From Trypethelium eluteriae (taxonomy: Eukaryota): 44,959 nt of DNA. Positions 1 through 11,135 of this stretch are shown here, in pieces. Each line of letters begins with the position of its first letter. Within the stretch, counting starts at the first letter, position 1. The position numbers and the translations under genes were made by a program. A model generated the notes under the pieces. The model saw only the letters and a program-made list of their open reading frames with translations. It did not search any database and had not been told where the DNA came from. Where the stretch lies: NCBI GenBank assembly GCA_051942245.1, contig JAVECL010000140.1, forward strand, positions 1-44,959, given 5' to 3'.

Positions 1-639
1 GGATGTTGGGGGTTTAGATTTCGGAGGGAGGTACCGCGGGGACGGTTGACTTGACGGGAGCAGGGAGTTGGACTAGGTGTTAATGTGAGCTAATTGAATA
101 TTCGGGAATCATGGCATTGTTAGTGGTATGGTCAAGGATGAAGTAAGCGCGAGGTATGGCCAGATGGGCGGTAAAGCTTGAAGTCTGAATTCGCCGTGCT
201 GGCTTGAGATGAGAAGTTTGCGCTAATGCCAGTGCATGCCGTCATCGCTCTGGCAAGGCTGAAGGTCCTCGTGCGGATCTCCCGGGCTAGTACTGGGGTT
301 GCTTGGCATCAAGCTACAAAAGTGGTGGGTCGAGGCTCTGAGTGTGAGATACACTTGTGAGATCGCTGCCATTACCGTACATCTGATATACGAGATGTGC
401 ATATTTCCACAATGGACGCTTCTTGGCGGGAAACAATCTGCAATTACCTATGCTCGTCCTAAGTGATTCTTGTTCATCATTGTCTTAGGACTTTTCTACG
501 TGCTGGAGTTACATTGAGAGACACGAGTCTCATTCGAGTTAAACTTGGAGCGAAAACTCAGATGCTAGTGCATGTCGTTTTGACCACAGGGTATCATTTG
601 CTTCAATTCCGTTCTCCAACGCCTTCTCTCCCGTGTTCT

Positions 640-3024
640 TTATTCGAGCTCTGCTGATGACGGAAGAGCGGCCCGTACCATTTGAGATTTGTCCTGCATC
701 TTCTTAGCTTCCAGAGCAATTTTAAATCTTTTCCTCCAGTAAAGGGTTAACATCCATCCCCGCAACACCTCCTGGCTCGCAAGCTCTTCTACGCGTTGCA
801 ACCTTGCTCGTCTTCTAATAAACCGCTCTAACAGCACAGAACCTTCAGCGCCAATGGCCCATTTGATGTCCGCTTTGTTGGATCTCTTCCAATCCTCAAA
901 ATACCCTACGTCCTTATAGTAAAGAAGTGCCCTGAGGACTTGCGAGAAGTTCAATCCAAGAGCGGGATCCGCAAGGAAAAGCACTTCGTAAAAGAAAAAT
1001 TTCAGACGCTTTCGGCGAGTACGAACACGGGGGACATCCAGGGTCTTCAAGTTGTGCGTGAGTATGTCGGCAAGTTCAGCCGCCGGAGTAGCATAGCAAC
1101 TGGTACGTTTCGGTAATACGTCAGCAACAATCCTGCTTACTGTGAACTTGCCTTCATAGATCGACATGCCGGAGGAACCCTCAAAGACAAGTTCCTGAAA
1201 ATTCTCAGTAAACATCCTCGAGATGCGATAATAGCTGAAAACTCACCCCTACAAGCCTTGGGAGGGCATCCTTCGGAATATACCGAGTTCCAGTAGGATC
1301 CGCCCGATACCAAGCCGTCTGGAATTTCTGAAAGTCCTCCTGCCCTACGGTCGGATGCCCGAGCTGGATTGCTTGTCTATTGAAGGCCTCAAGTTCAGAT
1401 TGGACTGCACCGCGACCATTTGGCGCTCCAGTGACATCACTTCGGTTGAGCCGCTGTCTAACTTGAGAAGGCCGATGAACATTTGGTGACGATATCGCTC
1501 GAAGGAAACTAGGCTTGGCCCTCAATCGTAGCGCAAGCTCTTCAACTTTCCGAGGATCCGATGTTTTCCCTTTTGAAGTATTATCGAACAGAACGACAAG
1601 CTCGTCAATGGGGTCCTCTTTCTCGGGCAGATCCGCAGGTCTGATGGCTAATTGTGGTATAGTTGCATTCTCGCTCTCAGAATGAGCTCTCTTTGCTTTA
1701 TGGGCGTTAGTGCGATGAATGCTACCAATGCTTTTCACCTGGGGAGTACTGTGGACTTTTCGTAAGAACTCTAACGAACGGGACTCGTCCTTGATGTGAC
1801 TCAATCTTTCCGGTCCTTGGTCTGGCCCATCGTACTCGTCTTTGGAGTCCCTACCATTAAACTCGAGAATTTCTGTACTGCACTTCTCACTCATGCCAAC
1901 GCTCTTCTTTGAAGCGATCCTCTTTGATGCCGCATCGCGCTTCTGATTAGATGGGCCACTGAGTGAGCCGCGGGGAGAATCTATAAGAGGTCCCTCGAAC
2001 CAAGGCTCGTCATCGAAGCATAGACTCGATATATCATTGGGAAGAGTCGAGCTACTTGCTTTGGCGCTCGGCTGGCTTCTGATCAAGCCTTCACGCAATA
2101 ATTCGCTCTTTGGGGAGACGTTCTCTGTCTGACTGGGCTCACGATTGGTCTCAGGAACGCTCTCAGACTGAGGGTCCTTCTCAGCGGTATCAACAATCTC
2201 TAATTCCTGGTCGATTTCGTCGAGTACGTCTTGCAAGGTAACACAATTAGGCTCAACACTTTTTGGTCCGGCCTGGAAGGGAGGGGTCTCGCTGTCGCGA
2301 AGCTTTTGCTTCATAAAAGATGCTAGCGTAGATTGTGAAGAGCCCGAAATAAGGGCCTCATAGTCAAAGCCGAAGGGAACGCTAAACTGTGAGAGATCAT
2401 CGCGGATGGGCTCCAAGGGCGAGCCGGCAACCTGGTCGTCTCTTTGCAATGGTAGTGGTGACTCATTCCTAGGTCTGTCAATGATACGGTGGCTGTCGTT
2501 TCGACTGAGTAAGGTATCTTGCTGGGAACGGCTTGGTCTGACAACCGGTTAGTAATGTCAAAGCATCAATTGTTCCACTACTAAACCCACAATTGCGCAA
2601 CTTGTAACAAAAAGCTCAAGGCTTGAACATGATCGCGCAACAGATCTTGGTACTCCCTAAACTCGTCGGCTTTCCACACATACTTCATTCGTTCTCGGAG
2701 CAAAGCTGTGCGGGAGTCATGGTCCAGGCGAAATGAATGATCTGATATTTTCTGAAGGAGAGTTCCGCATGCCTCGATGGACCGGACTAAGTCGTCCCGA
2801 AGCTCTGCGGACCAAATCGATTCCGGGGGAGCCTCATCCAGCCAGAGAGATATGTGTTTTGCAGCAGACTTTAGGGCAAGCAATTGGGCGGAAAGGAGCT
2901 CAAATGTAGTGGCAGCGTTCTTAAATTTTAACTCAAGGGAGTGTAGATTCTTGATGCTCTTGGTAGCCAACTCGGCGAGTTGCACACAGCTTGCGATAAG
3001 CCCAATGGTCTCGGCAAAGGGCAT
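640..3024 (-). CDS. HeLo-like (fungal STAND N-terminal) domain fused to a Cch1-like calcium-channel C-terminal EF-hand region, ~759 aa, 3 exons
   Basis: Exons 3024-2591, 2537-1247 and 1194-640 join in frame (2280 nt) with GT..AG introns (gtgggt..actaac..cag; gtgagt..actgag..cag). The N-terminus MPFAETIGLIASCVQLAELATKSIKNL...LLSAQLLALKSAAKHISLWL resembles the fungal N-terminal domain of STAND proteins. The C-terminus EDFQKFQTAWYRADPTGTRYIPKDALPRLVG|ELVF..MSIYEGKFTV..RTRRKRLKFFFYEVLFLADPALGLNF..LERFIRRRARLQRVEE..TLYWRKRF resembles the Cch1 cytoplasmic tail as I recall it. No transmembrane repeats are visible. Confidence 0.75.
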
Positions 3025-4125
3025 CCTTCATGGGGCTGGCAATCGCATGCCAGGTCGTACAGACAGAAAACATGGCGGGGCTTTATATACCTTTCAGCTG
3101 CTATGTAATCACTAATACGATGGCGGCAAGTCAAAGACTATCTTGCTTAGTCGTTAGTGGCGTCCTCCATCTACACGGCGACTAGTGGCCGAAATTGCGC
3201 TCGGGGCATCCTGAATTATGCGGAGCAGAAAGAGTACTTACACTATACATGGGCAGCTCTTCTTTTGAATCGGTTCTCTTCATTCTACTTCTTTTAGTTC
3301 TTTCGATCTTTTTGGAAGCTAAAACTCATAAAATATTCGTGAGATCCGGGGGCCTCAAACCTGTACATCAATAGGGGGCGTGAGGGGTCCAGATGTTGTC
3401 TTAGGTTTAGCCCCCGGAAGTAAAATTGAGCAAATCTGAAGAAGCCTTAGCGCTCGTATAAGTAGGGCTAAATCATCGGCTCCTAAGTCAAAGTCAAAAC
3501 TGAACCGGCAAAAGCAAGTATTTAATGCGAATCCATGCCAGCATTTTCGTCCACACTACGACTATGTATCTTCTTCGCTCCTCTAAGAGACGTGCAAACG
3601 CCGCAAGCTGACGGCGATTCCCAGCCGCTGTCCTTCGAGAGTAGACTTATTTGCCAGTGGTATCATGGTGTTTAGTTCGAGCTGGTAGCACGCACCGCTT
3701 TATCTGCTTCGGTTTCTATCATTGACTTTACAGACTATAACCACAGATAGGCGATTGTGGACATATATGTTGTTCAAAACGTATTTTCATAATACAGTAG
3801 AGTTGCGCGATGCAATTCACTGTGGAGCCCTAAGGAGACATCCCTGCAGTCATCGGAGAGTTTCTGGCTAGACCGGTCTCTTAGCACATCATGCAGATGG
3901 AGCCGCATCTTTCAGCCTGATCGAGGTCTTCCATCAATCCATCCTCCGACCCAAGACATCGACATTAATCCGCCACATGTAGTACCCTTTCCATCTATTC
4001 TGAGGCATGTCGCCTTGAAGAAAAAAATTTCGACTCTCGCCACGCAGTCACCTGTCCGTAATGATCAGACAATATCGATAAGTCCAAATGCAATGTCGTG
4101 CCGTCGGAATCCTGCGTAAGTCATC

Positions 4126-7068
4126 ATGGACCCCTTTACAGCCCTGGGCCTGGCTGGAAACATCGTTCAATTCCTCGATTTTACTTTGAAACTGGTATCC
4201 GGAAGAAGGACAATCTATCGCTCAACCGAAGGCGCTTCAGAAGGGAACTCCGCGCTCCAGACGATAGTGACAGACCTTTCCAATCTAAGTAATCAGCTCA
4301 CAATATCCACCGCCCGAGGAACAACAAATGTTAGTCCGACGTTGAGACGTATTGCCTTTGACTGCCAGGATGTTGCCCAGGAATTAGTCCACGTCCTGAG
4401 TACCTTACGAGCAGAGAGAAAGCGGAGAATATGGAAGAGCTTTTTACTAGCGCTTCAAGAAGTCTGGAAGCAGGGCGAGACTTCAAAACTTAATGGAAGA
4501 CTTGATAACTTGCAAAAGGACCTGAACACCCATCTCCTGAAGCTTCTTTTGTAAGTTGTGACCTTCCTTTAGAATTCTCGAGATCCGTCTTGGATTCCAT
4601 CAGCCTATGGCGACTGAATCAACATGGAATTCAAATTGCACAAAGGAGATTGGCTCTGGTACTGCTCGTGATTCAATTTCGGCGATGCACATTGGGGTTT
4701 TAACTAGGGTAAAAAAACAATATTAAAAACCCTAAAAAAAAAGCCCCCTCTCAATTCATTGATATCAATCTTTCCGTAACTTCCAGTCTTCCCAAACATA
4801 CCCTAGTGCGCGCCGAGGGCTACAACACACTTTCAGCCACATGGGAAGAGCTTGTACAGCTGTCAACAGTAATATCCCTGCTCCTCCTTTCACGAAGCCT
4901 GCCGTATTTATCCCCGAGTATCTAGCAACGCAGAGCAAAGCACTGCTGGAGACAAAAAAAGAGCAAGAGATGAAGACGGTAAAGATAAAGTCTCCGGCCT
5001 CAAAAACTTGAAGGCGGGGCGGACCAGGGGAGAAAAAGCCAATCCGATCAGGAATATGTAACATACGTGACTGGATATCGTACCCGGAGGTTGCGATTGC
5101 AAGGCGAACAGGATTGAGGCGATTGTTGACAATATCGCCTGCCAAAGCTTCTCTAATAACCGCAAGGATGTTATCCAGCATATTGGTGAAGTTCTTCTTC
5201 AAACTCTTTCGTACGTGTGAAGTACTGCCTGCTGTAAATGAGTTAGCTCAAGGTCGAAGTTGATATGCAAGGTCGACAAACTCTTTATGTCTCTCAGATT
5301 AGCCGCGGAGGTTGACTGTGGAAGGGAAGCGATTATACTATTATACTAGTGTAGGCCTAAGCAAAGTTGAGTCTGGGTTAAGCCGGCCGTAACTTTGTTG
5401 AGTCGGCGCGCTAATACCACTAACCGGGTTGGGTGAGGATAGAATTTATGGGAGTATAGCGTGCCAGAAAGTGGAACCTATCGACAATTGGCACAGCTTC
5501 TAGAAGAAATATCAGGCTGTCCAGAAATTAACTATCATTTCTTCATCAAGGAACCACTAGATTATCAAGGAAGCTGGTTTGTTAGCGGCTAAGGCAACTT
5601 GAATTTGCTATGGAGTAGAACCCTTATATTCATCTTTAATAGAGTTTAAAATTGCTAGTCAGCCAGAGAACAACTTTGTTAATACCTTTGAGGAATCGGA
5701 AGATTACACTCTCAGAGCCGAGAATCTCACGAAAGATGACATACGAATATACATCGTGGACTACTTTCTCAACTCCCATTGTTTCCAGAATAATCAGATT
5801 TGAGATACCAGATACCAGCATCTTATTGAATAGATCATTGGAGAGGCTAAGTAAGTCTTTCTTTGGGCCTTTTTCGCTGTGCAGTCTATCCTTCAAGGCG
5901 TCACAAAGGCTGACAAGATTGAGGAGTTGGAGAAGACACTCAACTTGGTACCAAAAGTTTTGGAGGTTACTTTCAGCACATGTTGGACTCTGTAAAAGAC
6001 GAATATAAGGGTTAAATTCCATGGCAAATTTAAATTGATTTGTCTGCTAACAAGCCAACTTCCTTGAGAATTTGGTGATTCCTTGATGGAGAAACGATAG
6101 ACTTCGCTTTCAGGAGCGAGCCAGGAAAACCCACCCTCAGCGACAATGATGAGCATTACATTCTGGATACTATGCGAAGAAGGTTACAGGCAAAGTGCAA
6201 GGGGCTCTTGGATACAGCTGTTGAGTCTCACCCAACTGTCGAGTCTGACCATTTTGTCCAGCCTCAGCCATCCATACTTCAGTCAAGGGTGGGCTTTTTG
6301 CATCGAACTGTCCGCGATCATCTTCTCCAGCCAAATTTGCAAGAGACCTTTCGGACGCGACTTCCAGCAGCCTTCGACCCCAAGATGGAGATTTGTCAGG
6401 CGCTTTTAATGAACCTGAAGAAACTCTCCCGGCTTGGATTGCCCAACTACAACACTTTCCACCCATACTTCAGAGAGATCATCCTTCACACCAAATCCAT
6501 CGAGGGTGACTCTAAGGAGCTTCCAACAGCGTTTCATTAGCTTTTGCACGAAGCTGAAGAAGCGTTGATCTTCGCAAGCAGAGACTCTCCAAGGGAGTCC
6601 GACAACTCTATCCGCTTACTGAGGAATAGATTCCTTGGGCTAGTGGCTGGGTGAGGCTTTCCCTCTTTCTTACCGTACAGACTGAGCATTGACGACGCCT
6701 TGGTTCATGACAAGCATATGCTACTCTTAGCTTATGCGCTTGATGACGCACTCAGGCCTCGATGCGGAGGGAAAAAGAAAGACATGATCGAGCTTTTGCT
6801 TCTTCGGGGAGCTGATCCCAAACAGAGACTTTATATACAGACTGAGCATAGAGCAACGAGGCAAGAGACGGGACGTGCCGCTGACCTTCACAAGAGGGAA
6901 ATCTGTGAGCCCATCCATGAAAAAGCTAGCAGCTTGATACGTAAGGAGCTGGGCGATGAGATAGCAACGCGCCTATTCAACAGAGCAGGCAAGAATCAGA
7001 AAACAAGTAAGGTCCCAACGTGGGTTCGAAATTTTAAAATGCACCTCGTGGACCACGAGCAAAGCTAA
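4126..7068 (+). pseudogene. Decayed NACHT-type fungal NLR (STAND) gene with N-terminal helical domain
   Basis: Exon 1 (4126-4550, donor gtaagt at 4551) encodes MDPFTALGLAGNIVQFLDFTLKL.., a typical NLR N-terminus. NACHT/HD1/WHD remnants follow from ~5460: KIASQPENNF..LRAENLTKDDIRIYI, IIGEAK*VFLWAFFAVQSILQG, RRRLQAKCKGLL, VGFLHRTVRDHL, and an ankyrin-like IELLLLRGADP. In-frame stops lie at 5801, 5831, 5852, 6538 and 6652, with frameshifts. No Walker A motif was found. Confidence 0.85.
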
Positions 7069-7388
7069 TTGAGGCTCCCAGAAGATCGCTTGTATACAGG
7101 GTGAAGGGTTCGTGCCTTCCTAGTACTCTCATTTATTTAATCAATACGTATCGCTCAAGCTAGCACTAATACACTAGATCTAGATAGAGTTAATATACCA
7201 GGTTCAGGTCCATATTCCTCGTAACGAGGCAGCATTCAGCCAACGTCTACTGTCCTTATTATATAGTTGAGCATTCCACTCATCAGAATCGCCGATCACA
7301 CATGAACTATCCAGCAGCTCTTTCCTTGGAGATTTTTAAAGCCATTCCATAGGACAGACCTGAAATTTAGACTGTTAGGCCTTTGTAT

Positions 7389-9887
7389 TTATACCACACG
7401 TCCCCGGCTCATGGTTCTCTCCATCCTGATATGCGCGTCCTCCTCCTCTGCCCTTCCAGAGTGCTCACCGGGCAGAAGGACGGCCTTGTCAATAGCCACC
7501 GGCAAGCCTCTATGCCGCCCTCTGATCATTACAGCACACAGTATGAGCTTACTCAAAACGTGCCAGCTCCCACAGAAGCTATACGCTGCATAAGGAAGGC
7601 CGATGCTGATACCCACACACGCATAGCCTGACACGACTTCAAAGATGATGTTCAGGACACTGTACGTTGCTGGATCCCTCTCAAATTGGCCACCCTCGAT
7701 GATTGAGATGAGAAACACGGCGAACGCAAGGAACCAAGCATCGTGCGCCAGCTGCGCTCGCAACTGCTGCCTGACGAAGTAGCTGCCGCGCTCCTGCTGA
7801 CTCGTCAAGCCCTCCCCCGTAAGATGTCGCCTCAATCCACCAAACAGGTTCCCGATCCCCACCAGCTGTTGCGACTGCTGCTGGGCCGCGTAGCCCGGGT
7901 CATCGGCGTAGATGCCCAAGCTGCGCTCCTCATAGACGTTTGAGTTGCGCATCGTGATCACCACCGGGTAGACGGAGATGTACATCATGACGACGTAGAG
8001 GACTTGGAGGGAGACGCGCACGCTGGAGATGTTGACAACGTAGAACCCGCCGGAGCGGACGGCGACGGCTTGGAACAGACCGTCGACGATCTCGATGCCC
8101 CGCGGGAGCGCGGTGATGGCGGGGTTGCCGATATTGAGGATTTCGAAGGCGACCCAGTCGATGCCGTTGAGGACGAGGACGGACATGAGGAGCCACCAGG
8201 TGTGTTGAGAGGGGAAGAGGTTGGTGTAGCAGCGGCGCGGGTGGTCGAGGAGGAATTGAAGGGTGTTGCGCCAGTCGTGCCAGGATGATGTGTCGGGGCA
8301 TAGTTTCCACATGGTCCAGACGATCAGGCGGAGGAAAATCGGATATGCGGTGTTTCCGGCTAGGATGAGCAACGACATGGTAAGCAGCATGTAGTATGAG
8401 GTCTGGAAGGCGATCATATTGGCATCGAGTAGCGACATTCCTGAATTATTGAAAGCGGAAATGGCATTGAATATACCGACCCACCATGGATTGAGGCCGT
8501 TAGCAAGGGTGGCATCTGGCTGGTTGTTGTGGATGTATGCTCCGATGCCAAGAGCACCAAAGAGCTGCCACAGAATGAAGTATAGAGGCACGATAATAGC
8601 AAGAAACTCTATCGCTCGGTACTCGCAGCCACCCAAACGCTCACGTTCAGCTTCAGTAAGACCATGAAATTGTGAGTTGCGCGACACAAAACCTGCTGAG
8701 GGAAAATACTTGCTGGTGGCTTTCTCGATAGGCTTGTCGTCATTCTCACCAGGGACACCTGAGTATGCCACTGGCGGTAGTGGCGATACCAGACGCAGGT
8801 TGGAGCCTGGGGCAGCTCCGACGCCCAGCATCCTCCTACGTCGATCTCGTTCGCGTTCCGTACGGTGCTCTGCGCTTTCAGTGCTGACACTGAATGTGAC
8901 TCCGGGACCTCCACTACGTTCTGGAGATATGGCTACTGGTGATTGTTGAACGGAATTTTGACTTTTCCCGTCCGTCCCTGCAGAGGGTAATATGTGCGGC
9001 TGAGAGCCACCAGCATTCCCGTTGCCCATCGACTCCTCTGTCAATTCGGGTTGATCCGGTACATGGCTTTCTCCAGGTCTACCTGGCTCTTCTGCTGCTT
9101 TCTGTTCCGAGGCACTACGTGGTCCAGTGGTGATCTGTGGTACGTCGGTTTTGGGTAGCTCAAGTGACTCCGATCGACCTCTGGGTTCTCCTGCGGCAGC
9201 TGCGCTATTCTCCGGTCTGTTATCCGATGCTGGAAGTGTCGGACTTCTTATTGACAGTGAAAATGGAAATCGACTCTGCGACGAGGATCGATTTCTGCCG
9301 TGCCGACTGAACATACTACGCTTTTCAGCTACGTCCCGAAATTTCTTTTCGAATGCTCGCCGCCGCACATGTACAACGAATGAAGACACGAAGATAGCAG
9401 ATCCTAACATTATTAAGATGAATAGAATGACCTGTTGCCATGTGTTTAATGTCGATAAGTTGATAGTGTTCAGACCTCTATCGATAGTTAGATTACCAGT
9501 GTAAAGGGATTGGTGATCCAAGTCGACAACTCACGCGAGAGTCATGGCGCTAACACAGAGGAAAAGTGAATCAGTAAAGCTAATGCTTCGAAATGGAGTC
9601 GCAGAGCCCCAGAAAATCAGGGCTGATAGGAGGCATGTCAATATGAAATAAGCATACTGCAGCAAGCGTTAGCCTAAGTCGAAGCCAAATTGTCCTGTGT
9701 CTCTGGACATGGGCTCAGAAATGCCCACAGTTATTCTGTGTTTACATTCTGATCAGCTGCACAGAGATACCATACTTACATGGATAGTGAGAAAATTCCA
9801 TTGGGGTGCCAAATGACCAATGGCTCGGAGAGGTCGTCGAAGCGGCCCGAGGGAGGGTCTCAAACGCAGTAGTCCCTTGCCGACCAT
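7389..9887 (-). CDS. trk: Trk-family potassium transporter, ~772 aa, 3 exons
   Basis: Exons 9887-9780, 9656-9535 and 9477-7389 join in frame. Motifs: NFLTIHYAYFI, SAMTLAGLNT, SAFNNSGMSLLD, LILAGNT, AVRSGGF, FEVVSGYACVGIS, RGRHRGLPVAIDKAV. Confidence 0.93.
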
Positions 9888-11135
9888 CCTGCTTTTGGAA
9901 GGATACTTATTGTATACACAATTGAGATTGGAATCGCGAGACTGATGGTTTTTGATGAAACTTCGGTATAGGTAGCCAAAAAGTACGGAACTCTTTTAAA
10001 GGAACACAGAACGGCAGGCTCCTGGACCAAAATGTCAGTAATGTCGCTCATAGACAAGGCAATAATGGCGAATAAGCTGAGCCTTCCAATCAGCGATTAA
10101 GCTGCTCAATATGTCAATTGGCAGCCTACCGACTCGGACTGCGAATGGTTCGAAATCGTGTGCTGCGCTTTAGGAGATTGATCGTACCTTAAGATGAAAA
10201 CGTTGCTTTCAAGGAGAAAGCAGTGCGAGACATTCTATGGAAATAGATCGCAAGATTCTCGGGGGATGGTCGAGGACTCAGCTAAGGATAAATGCAGATG
10301 TATGGTCCCATCCGATCTAGCGGTCCTCATATCATTCAGGTCCTCAACGGACGACGTAGCCCGGCGACCACCGAAACTCTACCCTCATGATGAATGGAAA
10401 CACTGGAGTGGATGAGTAAGAACTAGAGAACAGTGACACCAAAGGTGGGTATCATGGAGGAAACAGAACAGCGAAGCAAAACAAACCTCGGAATCCAAAG
10501 CCTCGCATTAAGTCATGCGGGTGACAGAATACCGCAAACGAATTGGGTGTGGCCACACCAAGTTGAAGCCGCCGCCCTAGTAAGCTGATTCAATTGTGCC
10601 GCACGTATACAAAGTTACTCATACAAAGGAGTAAGAAAGAAAATTCAGGCCTAGTAATATATGAGATGAACTTTTTTCCAAACTTAAAATCTGTTGGGTG
10701 TGCAAGAGAAGATGAATCTAGCCTAGGAGTTGCGTTTTCCTGTCATCCGTATGGCAGTGCGTCCTCCAGCCACAGGCAGGCGCGCTTAGTCAGCCGTCCC
10801 TGTTAAGGTAGGCACCTAACATGTGATTCTACGCCACATTCCGTTTCACCCCTGCCGCTCCGTGGCGGTGCAGCGCTTGTATGCTGGTTGACGTACGCCG
10901 AGATCAAATCACCCCATCCAGGAGTGCCAGGCCAGAGGCCTGACGTGGGGCGCTTAAGTCGAGCCCGGGAGGTATCATGATCGCTATTTCATTGATTCGC
11001 GTCTGACTTTGTCCTTCATTCAACGAAATACCTGCACGTTTGCTTTTTCGTTCTCTGTGATACCCTTTCCAGTCAATAATCCCACCACCGTAGCTCCAAA
11101 GTCGAGACGAAACCCGCGCAGACCAGCATTCGAAC

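Noticed and set aside
1..460. Possible gene start at the left edge
   Set aside because: It looks like a 5' leader or promoter of a minus-strand gene outside the window. No supportable coding sequence.
640..1335. Calling this locus the CCH1 gene itself
   Set aside because: No four-repeat transmembrane channel lies upstream. The upstream exons encode an unrelated helical domain and linker.
4765..5202. 145-aa minus-strand ORF inside the NLR pseudogene
   Set aside because: No recognisable motifs, and it lies in the disrupted segment, so it is likely incidental.
5460..6660. RIP as the cause of NLR decay
   Set aside because: Several stops (e.g. TAA at an expected Gly codon, TAG at a probable Glu codon) and the frameshifts are not simple C-to-T changes. 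RIP cannot be claimed without computing indices.
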